44,646 nucleotides of DNA from a virus (IMGVR_UViG_3300033485_000302:1-44646), one strand, 5' to 3'. Positions 16,488-26,844 are shown, counted from the stretch's first letter. Notes: generated from the sequence alone by a model not told the origin. A program made the numbers and translations.

Positions 16488-17645
16488 ATGGGATTACTAC
16501 AGGAAATAGGTTATAATTTAGGATTACCAAGTTTAGGACTAAGTGGTTTACCAGCAGGAACACCTTGGTCAGCTAATACACCCCCAAATTATCAAAATTT
16601 ATCTCAAACTGGTTTAGTTTCAGGTTATCAACAGCCTTATAATGCACCACAAGTAAACCCACAAAAAAATGCTTTAAATGCTTTAGACTATAATCAGGGT
16701 TTACGAAGCGGAGCTTTATCGGGTGGAAGTCCAATACCTATACCATCTGTACAGGGAGCGCAAACTTCAAGTGGTGGTGGAAATGGTGGGCGTGATCCCC
16801 ATATAAATCCGGCAACAGGAAATTGGGATGACAATTATTTTGCTCAAAATAACCAACCCAATGATGAGCAACGCAGACTAGCAGAAGAACAAGCAAGACT
16901 TGAATTAGAAAATGCTATGCGGGAATTTGACAGACAAGCTCAGGAAGCTGAAGCTCAAAAACAGGAATTAGGAACACAACAGGAAAGTATTTTAAGCGGT
17001 TTAGGATTAGAACGACAAAAAGCTGAATCTCAAGCTACAGCCTCTAAAACACAGGCAACTCAGGCCACTAAGAAAGCCCAAAACAAAGCCCTGTCAACCG
17101 CCCAAGATGTGGAAAGGAAAAACAGGAACGTATTGAGAGCTTTGGGAATACTCTCAAGCTCGGCTGCCGGGGAAATGTTGGGTAAGCCTTATGGGGAATA
17201 CCAAACTGCTTCAGCAGATTTGCAACAGGGATTGGTAAACAGGGTAACTGAAATAGACCAATGGCTTCGGGAAAGAGGACAGGAAGTAGATAATGCTACT
17301 AACCAAGTTAAATCCCAGTTCACTAATTTAATCGGACAGATAAACAGGGATATGAGGTTTAATGGGGAACAAAGGGCTGCTGCAGTCCAACAGGCACAAC
17401 TAGCACTGCGTCAAACCATGAGTGATATTGATTCAAAAGCACAGGCATATCAACAGGCAGCCAACCAATATACATCCCAAATGTTGCAACAGATAGCCCA
17501 AATCCAACTCTACCAGAACCCGCAAGCTGACGTGTCAGGGATATTAAGCTCCTCAATCAGTGCAGTTAATCCTAACTATGGCAGACAACAGGTAGGAATA
17601 TCACAAACAGAAGAACAAAGACGTAGGCTCTCCGGTCTCGGCTAA
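16488..17645 (+). CDS. Putative internal virion/ejection protein, Gln/Ala-rich coiled coil
   Basis: Composition, heptad pattern, and position after the nozzle gene. Confidence 0.55.
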   Translation: MGLLQEIGYNLGLPSLGLSGLPAGTPWSANTPPNYQNLSQTGLVSGYQQPYNAPQVNPQKNALNALDYNQGLRSGALSGGSPIPIPSVQGAQTSSGGGNGGRDPHINPATGNWDDNYFAQNNQPNDEQRRLAEEQARLELENAMREFDRQAQEAEAQKQELGTQQESILSGLGLERQKAESQATASKTQATQATKKAQNKALSTAQDVERKNRNVLRALGILSSSAAGEMLGKPYGEYQTASADLQQGLVNRVTEIDQWLRERGQEVDNATNQVKSQFTNLIGQINRDMRFNGEQRAAAVQQAQLALRQTMSDIDSKAQAYQQAANQYTSQMLQQIAQIQLYQNPQADVSGILSSSISAVNPNYGRQQVGISQTEEQRRRLSGLG

Positions 17646-17666
17646 CAATAAGTAGGCCGGACCGAT

Positions 17667-20600
17667 ATGGCATTTAACCCACAAGACTTATTTAACAAAT
17701 ACAAAAACATCCTCTCAGGCGGAGTAAACAAGCTCTCCTCTTTTGTGCAGCAAAATCCTTTACCTGCCGGTTATGCTGTTAAGAAATTCCAAGAAACAGC
17801 TAAACCAATAGTGCAGAAAATGACTCAATTTCAAGCCCCGTTTGAACAGAAAGTACCGCAGTTAATGTCTAAATTGCCTCCTAAATTGCAGCAGCCGGTT
17901 CAAAACGCTTTTCCTGTAACTGCATTTCCAAGTTTTGTCGGTGAAAACGTCAGACAGGCAGGAAGGTTGTTAAGTTTACAGCCTAAACCACTAGATATTG
18001 CGATGGTAGCCGGACCGACTGTCGTAGGTAAAGTCGCAGCGTTAAGACAGGGTAACAAAGTTAATAAAGCTGTTGAATTGTTACGGAATAAATTAACGTC
18101 AGAAGATGTTTCAACTATAGGAAAATTCAGTGAGCTTATTGAAACAGGAAAAGGAAGACAGGAGATGGGGGAGTTGGGTCAGACAATTCACAGTCTTGCT
18201 AAAAATGTTTTTGGAAAAAAAGCAGAAACATGGAGTAACCAAAAAATAAAAAACATATTTGATGTTGTACTAGGGAAAATAGGGGAAGGGCCTAATACAG
18301 CAGGGTTAGGATTAACTGTTAAGGAACTAAGAAAGATCCCTATTTCTTCTTTAAAAAAAGCTGATAAATTATTATTACAGCAAGAAGGGAAGGGGTCACT
18401 GATTGAACCGGGGATTCGTACCAAGATGGGGGAAACCATTTCTGATAATAAGATACCACAAAAAATATCCAAATTAGGACAAGAAGAATTATCCAAACTT
18501 TCTTCATATACTAAAATAGTAGAACCGACAAAAGTGCAAACAAAAAAACTAACCCAAATGCCGACTGCTCAGGGTGGTCCCGAAATTGCACCTTTAACCA
18601 AGACACCAATATCAAGCCAAGAAACGCTAGAAAAGGCAGCCCAAGTAAAATTGCAACAAAAAGTAGCAACCGGTCAGCTACCTCCCAATAGTCCATCATT
18701 GCCTGACATTATAAAACGTTCAGAAATAGATGTAAAGGATAAAATAAATTTATGGGATAAATATGGTGCAACTCCTGATAGGGTATTAAAAAAAGTAGGA
18801 CTGGAAAACGAAGCGATCATGCTTAGGAAAAGTTATAACAAGTATTTAGATGAGCTTCCGGTTGAAATAAACAAAGTTACTAATTGGTCTAAACAAGTAC
18901 CTAAAGAAAGCAACCAAAGGATATTCCAATACTTAGATGGTAAGAAAATTGACTTAAACTCAGTAGAACTAAAAGTAGCAAATGAAATTAAATCTTATTT
19001 AAGGGAGTGGGCTAATAAATTAAAACTTCCACAGGAAAAACGGATTACCAACTATATAACCCACATATTCGATAAGGATTTTATTAAAAAGGAATTTGAT
19101 CCTGAACTGGCTAAGTTAATAGAAAACCGCGTACCCGGAAGTGTTTACGATCCTTTTACTGAACAACGATTAGGAAAAATGGGTTACCGGGAAGACACTT
19201 GGGCGGCTCTTGATGCTTATATTAAACGCGGGGTTAGAAAATATAACATGGATGATGTTCTTAATACTTTAAAGGAGAAGTCCAATAGTTTGGAAAAAAA
19301 CCAATATAAGTATATTCAGAATTACGCTTCCAGAATTAACCTTAGACCTACGGAAACAGATGAGATTATAGATAATACAATTAAACAGATATTCGGATAT
19401 AAGTACGGGGTAAGACCTACCAGCCAATTAACCAGAAACGCAAGGCAAGCAGTGTATAGAGGAACGCTGGGACTTAATGTCGGGTCGGCACTTAAAAATT
19501 TAACTCAAGGGGCAAATACCTATGCTAAGCTGGGAGAGAAATATACTATCTTGGGGTATATGAAAAACGCTTTTAAAATGTTTTCCAGTGATGATGAGTT
19601 AAAAAGAGTAGGAGTATTGAGGGATGAGTTTATTCAGGACCGGACTTTAAATGCCACTAAAAAGTTTTGGGAAAAAGTAGATAAGGGTTTATTTGCTTTC
19701 TTTGAAACGGCAGAACGTATTAATAGGGGAGCAGCTTATTACGGGGCTAAAGCTCAAGCACTAGACAAGGGTGCAACCGAACAGCAGGCTATAGATTATG
19801 CTCTTAAAATGGTCCGTGATACCCAATTTACTTTCGGAGTAATAGATACCCCACCCATATTATCAAGTGACATAGGTAAATTATTATTGCAATTTCAGTC
19901 TTTTACTTTAAAGCAGGGTGAATTTTTAGGTGAAATGGTAGCAAATAAAGAATATGCCGGATTAGTCAGGTATGCACTAGCTTCCGCTTTAATGGCTACG
20001 ACTGTAGGCAAACTAATAGGTATGGAGTGGAAAGACTTTATTCCTTCAGTCAGGATTGGTTTTCCACCCACGCTTCAAGCACCTTTTGAAATAGGAAAAG
20101 CTATTGTCGGTGCGCCTGATAAATATGGTAACATACCCGATTTAACCGAGAGGGTGGAAAATGTGGGAAATGCGCTTGTACCTTTAATTCCCGGTGGAGT
20201 ACAAATAAAAAAAACATTACAGGGATTAGGAACAGTTGATAAGGGTTATTCTGAATCTAAAACAGGCAGAATCAGAACGCCCATAGATCAGGGTATAGGC
20301 AATAAGATCAGGGGAGGACTTTTCGGGCAATACAACCTGCCTGAAATGCGGAATTATTTTGATAAGGACATGAAAGTATTGGGTGAAAAACAAAGTGCCA
20401 TATTTAAGGAACTAAACCCGGAACAAAGGCAACAGTATTTTGACAATATCCAGAAAAACAGGGAAGAAAAAAAGAAACAGTCAGGATTGATAGATCAGGC
20501 TCAGGCTGCCGAAGAAGATAATGGCTTTATGATAGATGTGGCAAAAGAGCGGGTTAAGCTAAGCGGTGATGCGGAACTGGTAGGGGCTAATTATGTTTAT

Positions 20601-21011
20601 AAAGAAGGCGATAGCGTAAAAACCCTCAACTTAGATCACACAGTAAATAAGCCTGAACTTACCGGGCAGACCGAGTTGGATAAAAAGAAAGTAAGCAACT
20701 ATAAAAGCAAGATTACATCTGAAATAGGCACTGTAGTCAAATTACAAGAACTAGGAGTCTATACTCCCGAACAGGCTGAGAAACTAATACAGGATTTAAA
20801 ATCCAAATCCACAGCCGTAACTGGTACTAAAGCCAAAAAACCCAAGAAGATTACTTTTAAGAAGGTAAGTTACAAAATACCGAAGGTATCTGTGCCTAAA
20901 GTAAAAAAAGTAAAAGTATCTAAGCCTAAGAAACTAAGTCTGAAAAAATATACGATCAAAACACCCAAGTTAAGCAAGTCTAAGCTAAAGAAATCGGCTA
21001 AATTGACTTAG
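17667..21011 (+). CDS. Large helical virion protein (putative DNA ejection protein) with Lys-rich C-terminus
   Basis: 1114 aa; LG.NVGSALKNLTQ, RDTQF.FG, LLQFQSF patterns seen in podovirus-type internal proteins. Confidence 0.6.
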   Translation: MAFNPQDLFNKYKNILSGGVNKLSSFVQQNPLPAGYAVKKFQETAKPIVQKMTQFQAPFEQKVPQLMSKLPPKLQQPVQNAFPVTAFPSFVGENVRQAGRLLSLQPKPLDIAMVAGPTVVGKVAALRQGNKVNKAVELLRNKLTSEDVSTIGKFSELIETGKGRQEMGELGQTIHSLAKNVFGKKAETWSNQKIKNIFDVVLGKIGEGPNTAGLGLTVKELRKIPISSLKKADKLLLQQEGKGSLIEPGIRTKMGETISDNKIPQKISKLGQEELSKLSSYTKIVEPTKVQTKKLTQMPTAQGGPEIAPLTKTPISSQETLEKAAQVKLQQKVATGQLPPNSPSLPDIIKRSEIDVKDKINLWDKYGATPDRVLKKVGLENEAIMLRKSYNKYLDELPVEINKVTNWSKQVPKESNQRIFQYLDGKKIDLNSVELKVANEIKSYLREWANKLKLPQEKRITNYITHIFDKDFIKKEFDPELAKLIENRVPGSVYDPFTEQRLGKMGYREDTWAALDAYIKRGVRKYNMDDVLNTLKEKSNSLEKNQYKYIQNYASRINLRPTETDEIIDNTIKQIFGYKYGVRPTSQLTRNARQAVYRGTLGLNVGSALKNLTQGANTYAKLGEKYTILGYMKNAFKMFSSDDELKRVGVLRDEFIQDRTLNATKKFWEKVDKGLFAFFETAERINRGAAYYGAKAQALDKGATEQQAIDYALKMVRDTQFTFGVIDTPPILSSDIGKLLLQFQSFTLKQGEFLGEMVANKEYAGLVRYALASALMATTVGKLIGMEWKDFIPSVRIGFPPTLQAPFEIGKAIVGAPDKYGNIPDLTERVENVGNALVPLIPGGVQIKKTLQGLGTVDKGYSESKTGRIRTPIDQGIGNKIRGGLFGQYNLPEMRNYFDKDMKVLGEKQSAIFKELNPEQRQQYFDNIQKNREEKKKQSGLIDQAQAAEEDNGFMIDVAKERVKLSGDAELVGANYVYKEGDSVKTLNLDHTVNKPELTGQTELDKKKVSNYKSKITSEIGTVVKLQELGVYTPEQAEKLIQDLKSKSTAVTGTKAKKPKKITFKKVSYKIPKVSVPKVKKVKVSKPKKLSLKKYTIKTPKLSKSKLKKSAKLT

Positions 21012-21084
21012 TGGGGTTTTTGGTATAAAAGGTAATTGTCTATTCGTTAATATGACGCAGGACTCCGAAATGGAGTCTTTTTTT
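21003..21084 (+). promoter_or_regulatory. Repeated leader element copy 4
   Basis: TTGACT-17-TAAAAG-GTAAT; CGTTA..TGACG; CAG; GACTCC-GAAAT-GGAGTC; T7. Confidence 0.75.
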
Positions 21085-21150
21085 GTACAAATTTTATTCG
21101 GAGCGTTGTTTTGCACCTTTCCTCCGAAGGGTGCAGAACAATGAAAATAC

Positions 21151-21735
21151 ATGGGATCACATAAAGCTAATCAAACTAGCTTTAAAAAGGGACAAAGAGC
21201 AACAAATTGGAACGGATTTAAGAAAGGACATAAGACTTGGAATAAAGGATTAAAAGGGGTTCAGGCAGGAGAAAAAGCTGCAAGATGGAAAGGTGGATTA
21301 CCTAATTGTGATAAATGCGGAAAACAGCTTTCACAACGGCATCCAAAATTTAAATTATGTATGAAGTGTTTTGGAGAATCTGAAATAGGTAAACAACAAT
21401 CTATTTCTCATTTACCAGAGCCAATGAAGGAAGAAAATAATCCAAACTGGAAAGGTGGAACACAAACAAAAGATAGACTTGAAAGGATAAAATTTCAAAA
21501 AACTATTCAGAAACAAGTTTTTATAAGAGATAACTTTAAATGTCAAATATGCGATTCTGAAGGAGATTTACAAGTTGATCATATAAAACCTTGGAGTAAA
21601 TATATTGAACTTAGATTTTGTATAAAAAATTGTCGCACTTTATGTGCTAAGTGTCATTACCAAATTACTTTCGGTCGGCTAATGCCCTCCAATGTAAAAG
21701 GATGGGGACACAATTTATTTAAGGAGGTTGGTTAA
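21151..21735 (+). CDS. HNH homing endonuclease
   Basis: FKKG..WNKG, NPNWKGG, VFIRDNFKCQIC..LQVDHIKPW..NCRTLCAKCH; AT-rich. Confidence 0.9.
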   Translation: MGSHKANQTSFKKGQRATNWNGFKKGHKTWNKGLKGVQAGEKAARWKGGLPNCDKCGKQLSQRHPKFKLCMKCFGESEIGKQQSISHLPEPMKEENNPNWKGGTQTKDRLERIKFQKTIQKQVFIRDNFKCQICDSEGDLQVDHIKPWSKYIELRFCIKNCRTLCAKCHYQITFGRLMPSNVKGWGHNLFKEVG

Positions 21736-22675
21736 TATTTCGGCACCAGCTTTAAAATACGCAATCGGAAATTCGGCTTCCACTACTTTAGCAGTAGCGG
21801 CAGCCAACAGCGATACGTCAATGACTATCACTTCAGATACCAACTTTGCCGCTAAATCAGGGGCAGGGATGGTAATTGTTGACGAGTCACAGGCTACAGA
21901 AGAAATTATCTATTCAGCTTCCAAGACAGGCGCAGCCTTATCTACCCCACTAGCCAACCGTGGACTTGAAGGCGGATCAGCCCAAGCCCATGCCATTAAC
22001 GCCACAGTCAAGGGCATACTGACAGCCGGTATGTGGAACGACATGATTGACTCGCTTCTGAACGTACTGGACCAGACCACAGGGGCGGTAGATACGACTA
22101 AGGTGGTTACTTTAACGGGAACACAGACCCTAACCAATAAGACTCTAACTTCACCCAAAGTGGGAACGTCAATAGCCGATACCAATGGCAACGAGATAAT
22201 CAAGACTCCGGCAACAACCAGCGCAGTCAATGAAATAACGGTTACTAATGCAGCTACACTTGGAAGCCCGACAATCTCAGCTACAGGCGGGGATGACAAT
22301 ATCAATTTAACCCTGACAGCCAAAGGTACAGGTAAGGTTTTATTAGACGGGTATTACCAAACTCCGCAGACTTATACGCCTGATGCTGCAGGAACGTCCA
22401 CGCTTGATTTATCAACAGGTAATGAACACAGGATAACCATGCCTGCCGGAAATATTACCATCGCTATTTCAAATGAGGTAAGCGGTCAGAAGTTTATCGT
22501 GTCTATCTTACAGGATAGTGGTGGATCACGGACAGTTACTTGGTTTACAACTATCAGGTGGGCGGGTGGATCAGCCCCGACACTCACTACCACAGCTTCC
22601 AAGCGTGATGTATTCGGGTTTATTTGCACCGGAACAGATACTTATGACGGCTTTATAGTAGGTCAAAATTTATGA
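21728..22675 (+). CDS. Tail fibre/spike-like virion protein
   Basis: EEIIY...RGLEG..AQAH; TQTLTNKTLT repeat; QDSGGSRTVTW..W.GGSAPTLTT...DVFGF; TTG start after AAGGAGG. Confidence 0.7.
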   Translation: MVNISAPALKYAIGNSASTTLAVAAANSDTSMTITSDTNFAAKSGAGMVIVDESQATEEIIYSASKTGAALSTPLANRGLEGGSAQAHAINATVKGILTAGMWNDMIDSLLNVLDQTTGAVDTTKVVTLTGTQTLTNKTLTSPKVGTSIADTNGNEIIKTPATTSAVNEITVTNAATLGSPTISATGGDDNINLTLTAKGTGKVLLDGYYQTPQTYTPDAAGTSTLDLSTGNEHRITMPAGNITIAISNEVSGQKFIVSILQDSGGSRTVTWFTTIRWAGGSAPTLTTTASKRDVFGFICTGTDTYDGFIVGQNL

Positions 22676-22676
22676 T

Positions 22677-23393
22677 ATGGCAAATATTAATTCATTAGAT
22701 TTAGAACTAGGAAGTAGTCAACAACTGGAAATTACAGATGCAGCTCAAACTGGTTTAGATATAACTGGTGATTTAACTATTGAGTGTTGGATAAAGCCTG
22801 AAAGTACCACAGCAGAACATACATTTGTGGGTAAATGGGAAGATGGTACGGGAGATTATAGATGTTATTTATTTCGTTATGTTCATGGTGTAACTCAATT
22901 ACAATTTGCAGTTTCAAGTGATGGAACTACGGGTAATACCACAAGTGGAGTAGTAACCTACGCTATATCGGCTGGAACTTGGTATCACGTTGCAGCAGTT
23001 TATGACGCTTCAGCCGGTGAGGTTGATTTTTATGTAAATGGCGCACATCAAGGATCAACAGCAACAGGGATGAAAACATCTATTGCAGATACCGGAGCAG
23101 TAGTTGGAATTGGTTGTAAAAATGCAACTGGAACACCTACACATTTTTATGATGGATTAATTGATGAAGTTAGAATTTGGGCTGAAGAACGGTCAGCAGC
23201 AAATATATTGGCAAACTATAAAAAAGAACTAACTGGAAGTGAAACTAATTTAAAAGCATATTGGAAACTTAATGGCAATTATTTAGATCAAACAGCAAAT
23301 AATAATGATTTAACTGCAATAAATACTCCTGTTTTTTCAACAGACGTGCCTTTTAATGACATGGGCGGTTCTTTTCTTTTAAATTTTGTATAG
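22677..23393 (+). CDS. LamG / concanavalin A-like lectin domain protein (candidate receptor binding)
   Basis: TIECWIK, WYHVAAVYD, FYVNG, GLIDEVRIW, AYWKLN. Confidence 0.85.
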   Translation: MANINSLDLELGSSQQLEITDAAQTGLDITGDLTIECWIKPESTTAEHTFVGKWEDGTGDYRCYLFRYVHGVTQLQFAVSSDGTTGNTTSGVVTYAISAGTWYHVAAVYDASAGEVDFYVNGAHQGSTATGMKTSIADTGAVVGIGCKNATGTPTHFYDGLIDEVRIWAEERSAANILANYKKELTGSETNLKAYWKLNGNYLDQTANNNDLTAINTPVFSTDVPFNDMGGSFLLNFV

Positions 23394-23399
23394 GACAAC

Positions 23400-23678
23400 A
23401 TGAAAAAAAATGACGGACTTAAAGCATGGCTCAGACAAAACTCACTACAAATCACGCTACAGTTGGTTGGCGTTGTTATTGTTCTCCTTAATCTTTGGCT
23501 TGCTACTAAACTTGCACCTATGGCTGAGGATATTCAAATTATCAAGTCCAGAGTGCAGGCCATTGAATCTACCCAGCCGTCATTTGTGCGAAAAGACGAA
23601 TTTAATCAGATCATTGTTAGGCTGGATAAAGTAAGCGACAGGTTAGACCAGTTGATTGCGATACATATAGGGAGGTAA
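23400..23678 (+). CDS. Single-TM coiled-coil membrane protein (holin/lysis accessory-like)
   Basis: One hydrophobic helix then a coiled coil; lies upstream of the endolysin. Confidence 0.55.
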   Translation: MKKNDGLKAWLRQNSLQITLQLVGVVIVLLNLWLATKLAPMAEDIQIIKSRVQAIESTQPSFVRKDEFNQIIVRLDKVSDRLDQLIAIHIGR

Positions 23679-23679
23679 C

Positions 23680-24525
23680 ATGACATTTCAACAATTTTTA
23701 ACTAAGTGGAACGGAAAGTATTGTGAGGTAGCGGGGTCAAGTAATGCACAAAACCAATGCGTTGATTTGGCTAATGCCTATATTCGTGACGTATTGGGGC
23801 TTCCCATAATAGAGTGGACTAATGCGATAGACTTCCCTTCCAAAGCCGGAGCCAACTACGACTACATATTAAATACCCCGGACGGAGTACCCAAAGAAGG
23901 TGATTTGGTTATTTGGGGCGGAACTACAGCCGGACACATAGCCGTATTTGTAGAGGGTGACGCTAACACTTTCAGGTCATTTGACCAGAATTACCCGGTA
24001 GGATCGCCCTGCCACGTTCAGGGTCATACTTACGCCAACGTCTTAGGGTGGTTGCACTGTAAAGTGGCTAACTCCCAAAACCTAGAGGAAGAACTAACTA
24101 AAGTCCGCGAGGAACGGGATCGGAACTGGAATTACTTTGTAGCGGTTTGTGACGCACTGGGGGTAGGAGCTAACAAGGACCTTGCGGTTGAGGAAGCCAA
24201 GAAGCTCGTAGCCCTAGAGGATAAGTATAATGAAAAAGACAAACAGCTTCAGGACGCTAATGTAAAAATAGAGGACTTGACTACGAAGCTGGCGACTGTC
24301 AGCTTTGACCATACCGAGTTAATTGCAGACCATCAAGTTCTGGAAAGTAAAGCCTCGGAATTAACAATAAAAGTCACGGAATATGAAAAAAGGATAGAAG
24401 ATCAAGGTCACGAGATTTCCACCCTTTCCACGTCACTACAGAACCTCAAGAACGATTTTAGCATTAACCCTAATGACGGATGGGCGTGGATAGGACACGG
24501 ATTAAAAATTCTACTTAGGAGGTGA
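23680..24525 (+). CDS. CHAP-domain endolysin with C-terminal coiled coil
   Basis: QCVDLANAY (catalytic Cys), P.EGDLVIW..AGHIAV (His), FDQNYP. Confidence 0.85.
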   Translation: MTFQQFLTKWNGKYCEVAGSSNAQNQCVDLANAYIRDVLGLPIIEWTNAIDFPSKAGANYDYILNTPDGVPKEGDLVIWGGTTAGHIAVFVEGDANTFRSFDQNYPVGSPCHVQGHTYANVLGWLHCKVANSQNLEEELTKVREERDRNWNYFVAVCDALGVGANKDLAVEEAKKLVALEDKYNEKDKQLQDANVKIEDLTTKLATVSFDHTELIADHQVLESKASELTIKVTEYEKRIEDQGHEISTLSTSLQNLKNDFSINPNDGWAWIGHGLKILLRR

Positions 24526-24531
24526 AGTTAC

Positions 24532-24765
24532 ATGGCTAAAAAAATAGATTTTAAATGGGCAGTTTTGCTGGAAAGCGTAAAAGAGCCTTTAAGGTTAGTA
24601 GCTTTGGCAATTATTGCTTGGGTTTTAACGGCAATTATCCCGCAGTTGGATGAGAAATGGATACCTATTTTGACACTGGCATTTAAGTTTGCCGACAAAT
24701 GGGTACACGAGTATAAAAACGCTAATAAAAGCGAGGGCTTATGGAAAGGTCTGATTGGTTTTTAA
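24532..24765 (+). CDS. Putative holin
   Basis: 77 aa with hydrophobic segments; AGGAGG SD; follows the endolysin. Confidence 0.55.
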   Translation: MAKKIDFKWAVLLESVKEPLRLVALAIIAWVLTAIIPQLDEKWIPILTLAFKFADKWVHEYKNANKSEGLWKGLIGF

Positions 24766-24766
24766 C

Positions 24767-24991
24767 ATGGAACAGGAACCAAGATGTGAACAGCCGTCAG
24801 GATATAAGGTGCTGTGTACTACTCACGGTGAGCTTGGTAGCACTCGTTACGCTACTGACGCTGTTTATCTTTTTTTAGGTCATATGCAGAATATCAGGGA
24901 TAACCACCCGGAACAAAGAATTTGCGAAGGGTACGACTTTATCCCGATATGGGAGCCGGAAGTGAAATTATTTGATGTAATGCCCCCATAA
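24767..24991 (+). CDS. Hypothetical protein
   Basis: ORF tightly packed between the holin and a terminator. Confidence 0.5.
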   Translation: MEQEPRCEQPSGYKVLCTTHGELGSTRYATDAVYLFLGHMQNIRDNHPEQRICEGYDFIPIWEPEVKLFDVMPP

Positions 24992-25005
24992 GAGGGGGCT
25001 TTTTT
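24982..25005 (+). terminator. Intrinsic terminator after lysis module
   Basis: GCCCCC-ATAAGA-GGGGGC-T6. Confidence 0.7.
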
Positions 25006-25020
25006 ATATGGGAGGACCAA

Positions 25021-25953
25021 ATGATAGAGCAGGGTTTGTTTTATCCAGACGGATCGTACAAGTCAAGGGAGGAACTTATGGCAGATTTAACCCCGAAAAT
25101 AGACCGGGGGACGTTGTATTTATATAACGAATCCACCGATCTACTTAAAGAGGCTCAAAAACTGGGCCGTGAACACTCAATGGATGACAAGGAAGCCACA
25201 TGGGAAGTGAAACTGGACAAGCCCGATATGCCACTTGGAATTTTAATGGCAACTGATATTCATTACGGGAGTATCAGGACCAATTATGAACTTTTAGACC
25301 GACATTTAACTTTAGTAGAAAATACACCAAACCTAACTCTTATCACTAATGGCGACCATGTAGATAATTTCAACATTACAGGCAAGTGGGCTACGGGGGT
25401 TTTTGAAGACCCGCTCCCGCCCCAAATCCAGACTAAGGCCTTCATAGAGAAGATCAAACACCTAGACAGCATGGATAAGCTAGGGGTAATGAGTTTTGGC
25501 AACCATGAGGACATGATGGGGGCAACCGGCTACGACTGGTTTGAATCCTTTGCACAGGGGATGAAGGCGGCAGTATTTAAGACCGGAGGCTTTTTACACA
25601 TTTTGGTAGGCGAACAACACTACGGACTGGCACTGACACACAGGTATTGGGGAACGAGTAAGTTGAACCCGACTAACGCAGCTAAGAGGTTTTGGGAGCA
25701 TGAGTACCCGCAGGCTGAAATAGTCTTTTTGGGTCATACCCACCAAAGCGAAGTGTTGACTTGGGAACGGGGAGGCAGGGAACGAATAGCGGTAATAGGC
25801 GGAACTTATAAGGAAGATGATGAGTTTGCTAGGAAGCACGGGATAGGCGGGAGAAGCGGTATGCCGGGAATTACCATACTTCTCTATCCGCATGAACACC
25901 GGATGGTAGCCCTTAAAGATATAGAAGTGGCTGCCGAGTTTTTGAGGAGATAG
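25021..25953 (+). CDS. Calcineurin-like metallophosphoesterase
   Basis: TDIHYG, GDHVD, GNHE, LTH, GHTH motifs; GGAGG SD. Confidence 0.9.
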   Translation: MIEQGLFYPDGSYKSREELMADLTPKIDRGTLYLYNESTDLLKEAQKLGREHSMDDKEATWEVKLDKPDMPLGILMATDIHYGSIRTNYELLDRHLTLVENTPNLTLITNGDHVDNFNITGKWATGVFEDPLPPQIQTKAFIEKIKHLDSMDKLGVMSFGNHEDMMGATGYDWFESFAQGMKAAVFKTGGFLHILVGEQHYGLALTHRYWGTSKLNPTNAAKRFWEHEYPQAEIVFLGHTHQSEVLTWERGGRERIAVIGGTYKEDDEFARKHGIGGRSGMPGITILLYPHEHRMVALKDIEVAAEFLRR

Positions 25954-25954
25954 T

Positions 25955-26224
25955 ATGAACGAGGAATATGAGCCGACTGACAGTTTCAGGCTTCTTCTTT
26001 CATACAGCAAGGATGTATGGCGGGGGTTTTTCCAGTTCGGACCGATTGTAGACAACAAACACATTACTTTAATGGGGGGATCGCTTACAGAATTGGCTGA
26101 TTCATTATTTTTAAGAGGATTAATAGACCATTTACGGGAGTGCGGATCGGTAGGTGACTTTTACATTGTAGTTCACCCGGACGATATGAAGTTTGCACAG
26201 AATCAGGAAGAAGATGAGTCCTGA
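25955..26224 (+). CDS. Hypothetical protein
   Basis: ORF in a tightly packed operon. Confidence 0.5.
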   Translation: MNEEYEPTDSFRLLLSYSKDVWRGFFQFGPIVDNKHITLMGGSLTELADSLFLRGLIDHLRECGSVGDFYIVVHPDDMKFAQNQEEDES

Positions 26225-26477
26225 AACAAGAGATAATATAGATACATTAATTTGGTGGAACGACAAGCTAGGCGCAAGGGTAGAGAAGTATTGCGACTCT
26301 TTTAAGTTCGTTGATGACGGGCAGGAGAGGCGGGTACAGGAACACCAGACTTGGCAGGAATTACACGGATGGGATGTAGGATATGATAATTATTTTGGAA
26401 AGGAGTTCAGGCTGATATTGTACGACACATACGAAACAGTATGTATAACGCACAAACAATGGCTTGAGTATATATGA
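26214..26477 (+). CDS. Hypothetical protein
   Basis: ATG 26214; ATGA-coupled to the next gene. Confidence 0.5.
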   Translation: MSPETRDNIDTLIWWNDKLGARVEKYCDSFKFVDDGQERRVQEHQTWQELHGWDVGYDNYFGKEFRLILYDTYETVCITHKQWLEYI

Positions 26478-26842
26478 GTAAAGAAGAAGAACCAAAAGAG
26501 GAAGTTTCAAAACTTACCGAAATCAGGCGGGATGAGTTTTTAGTGGGTTTATACCATTTGCACGATTATTGGTGCGGAATCCGTGAGCAGTCACAGGATT
26601 TGTTTTACCAATCCAATAAGGTGATCGTTTCATTAGCTGAATCAATCATTAAATCGCAGGAGCTTGAGAACATGGGATTGAAAGTTGATTACTTTAGAGA
26701 TCAGGAAGGGAACTTTTTTTATCAGTACAGGTCTGAAGATAGAACAATGGGGTTTGAAGGTATGATACCAAGTAAGTCAAAAATACCCGAAGAAAAACCG
26801 CCTTTTGAATTGTCAGCGTTTACAGATCCGACAGCTATTTAA
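26474..26842 (+). CDS. Hypothetical protein
   Basis: ATGA-coupled ORF, 122 aa. Confidence 0.55.
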   Translation: MSKEEEPKEEVSKLTEIRRDEFLVGLYHLHDYWCGIREQSQDLFYQSNKVIVSLAESIIKSQELENMGLKVDYFRDQEGNFFYQYRSEDRTMGFEGMIPSKSKIPEEKPPFELSAFTDPTAI

Positions 26843-26844
26843 CT

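Noticed and set aside
24982-25005. Seventh copy of the leader element
   Set aside because: Hairpin plus T-run only; no upstream stem-CAG or matching promoter boxes, so an ordinary terminator.
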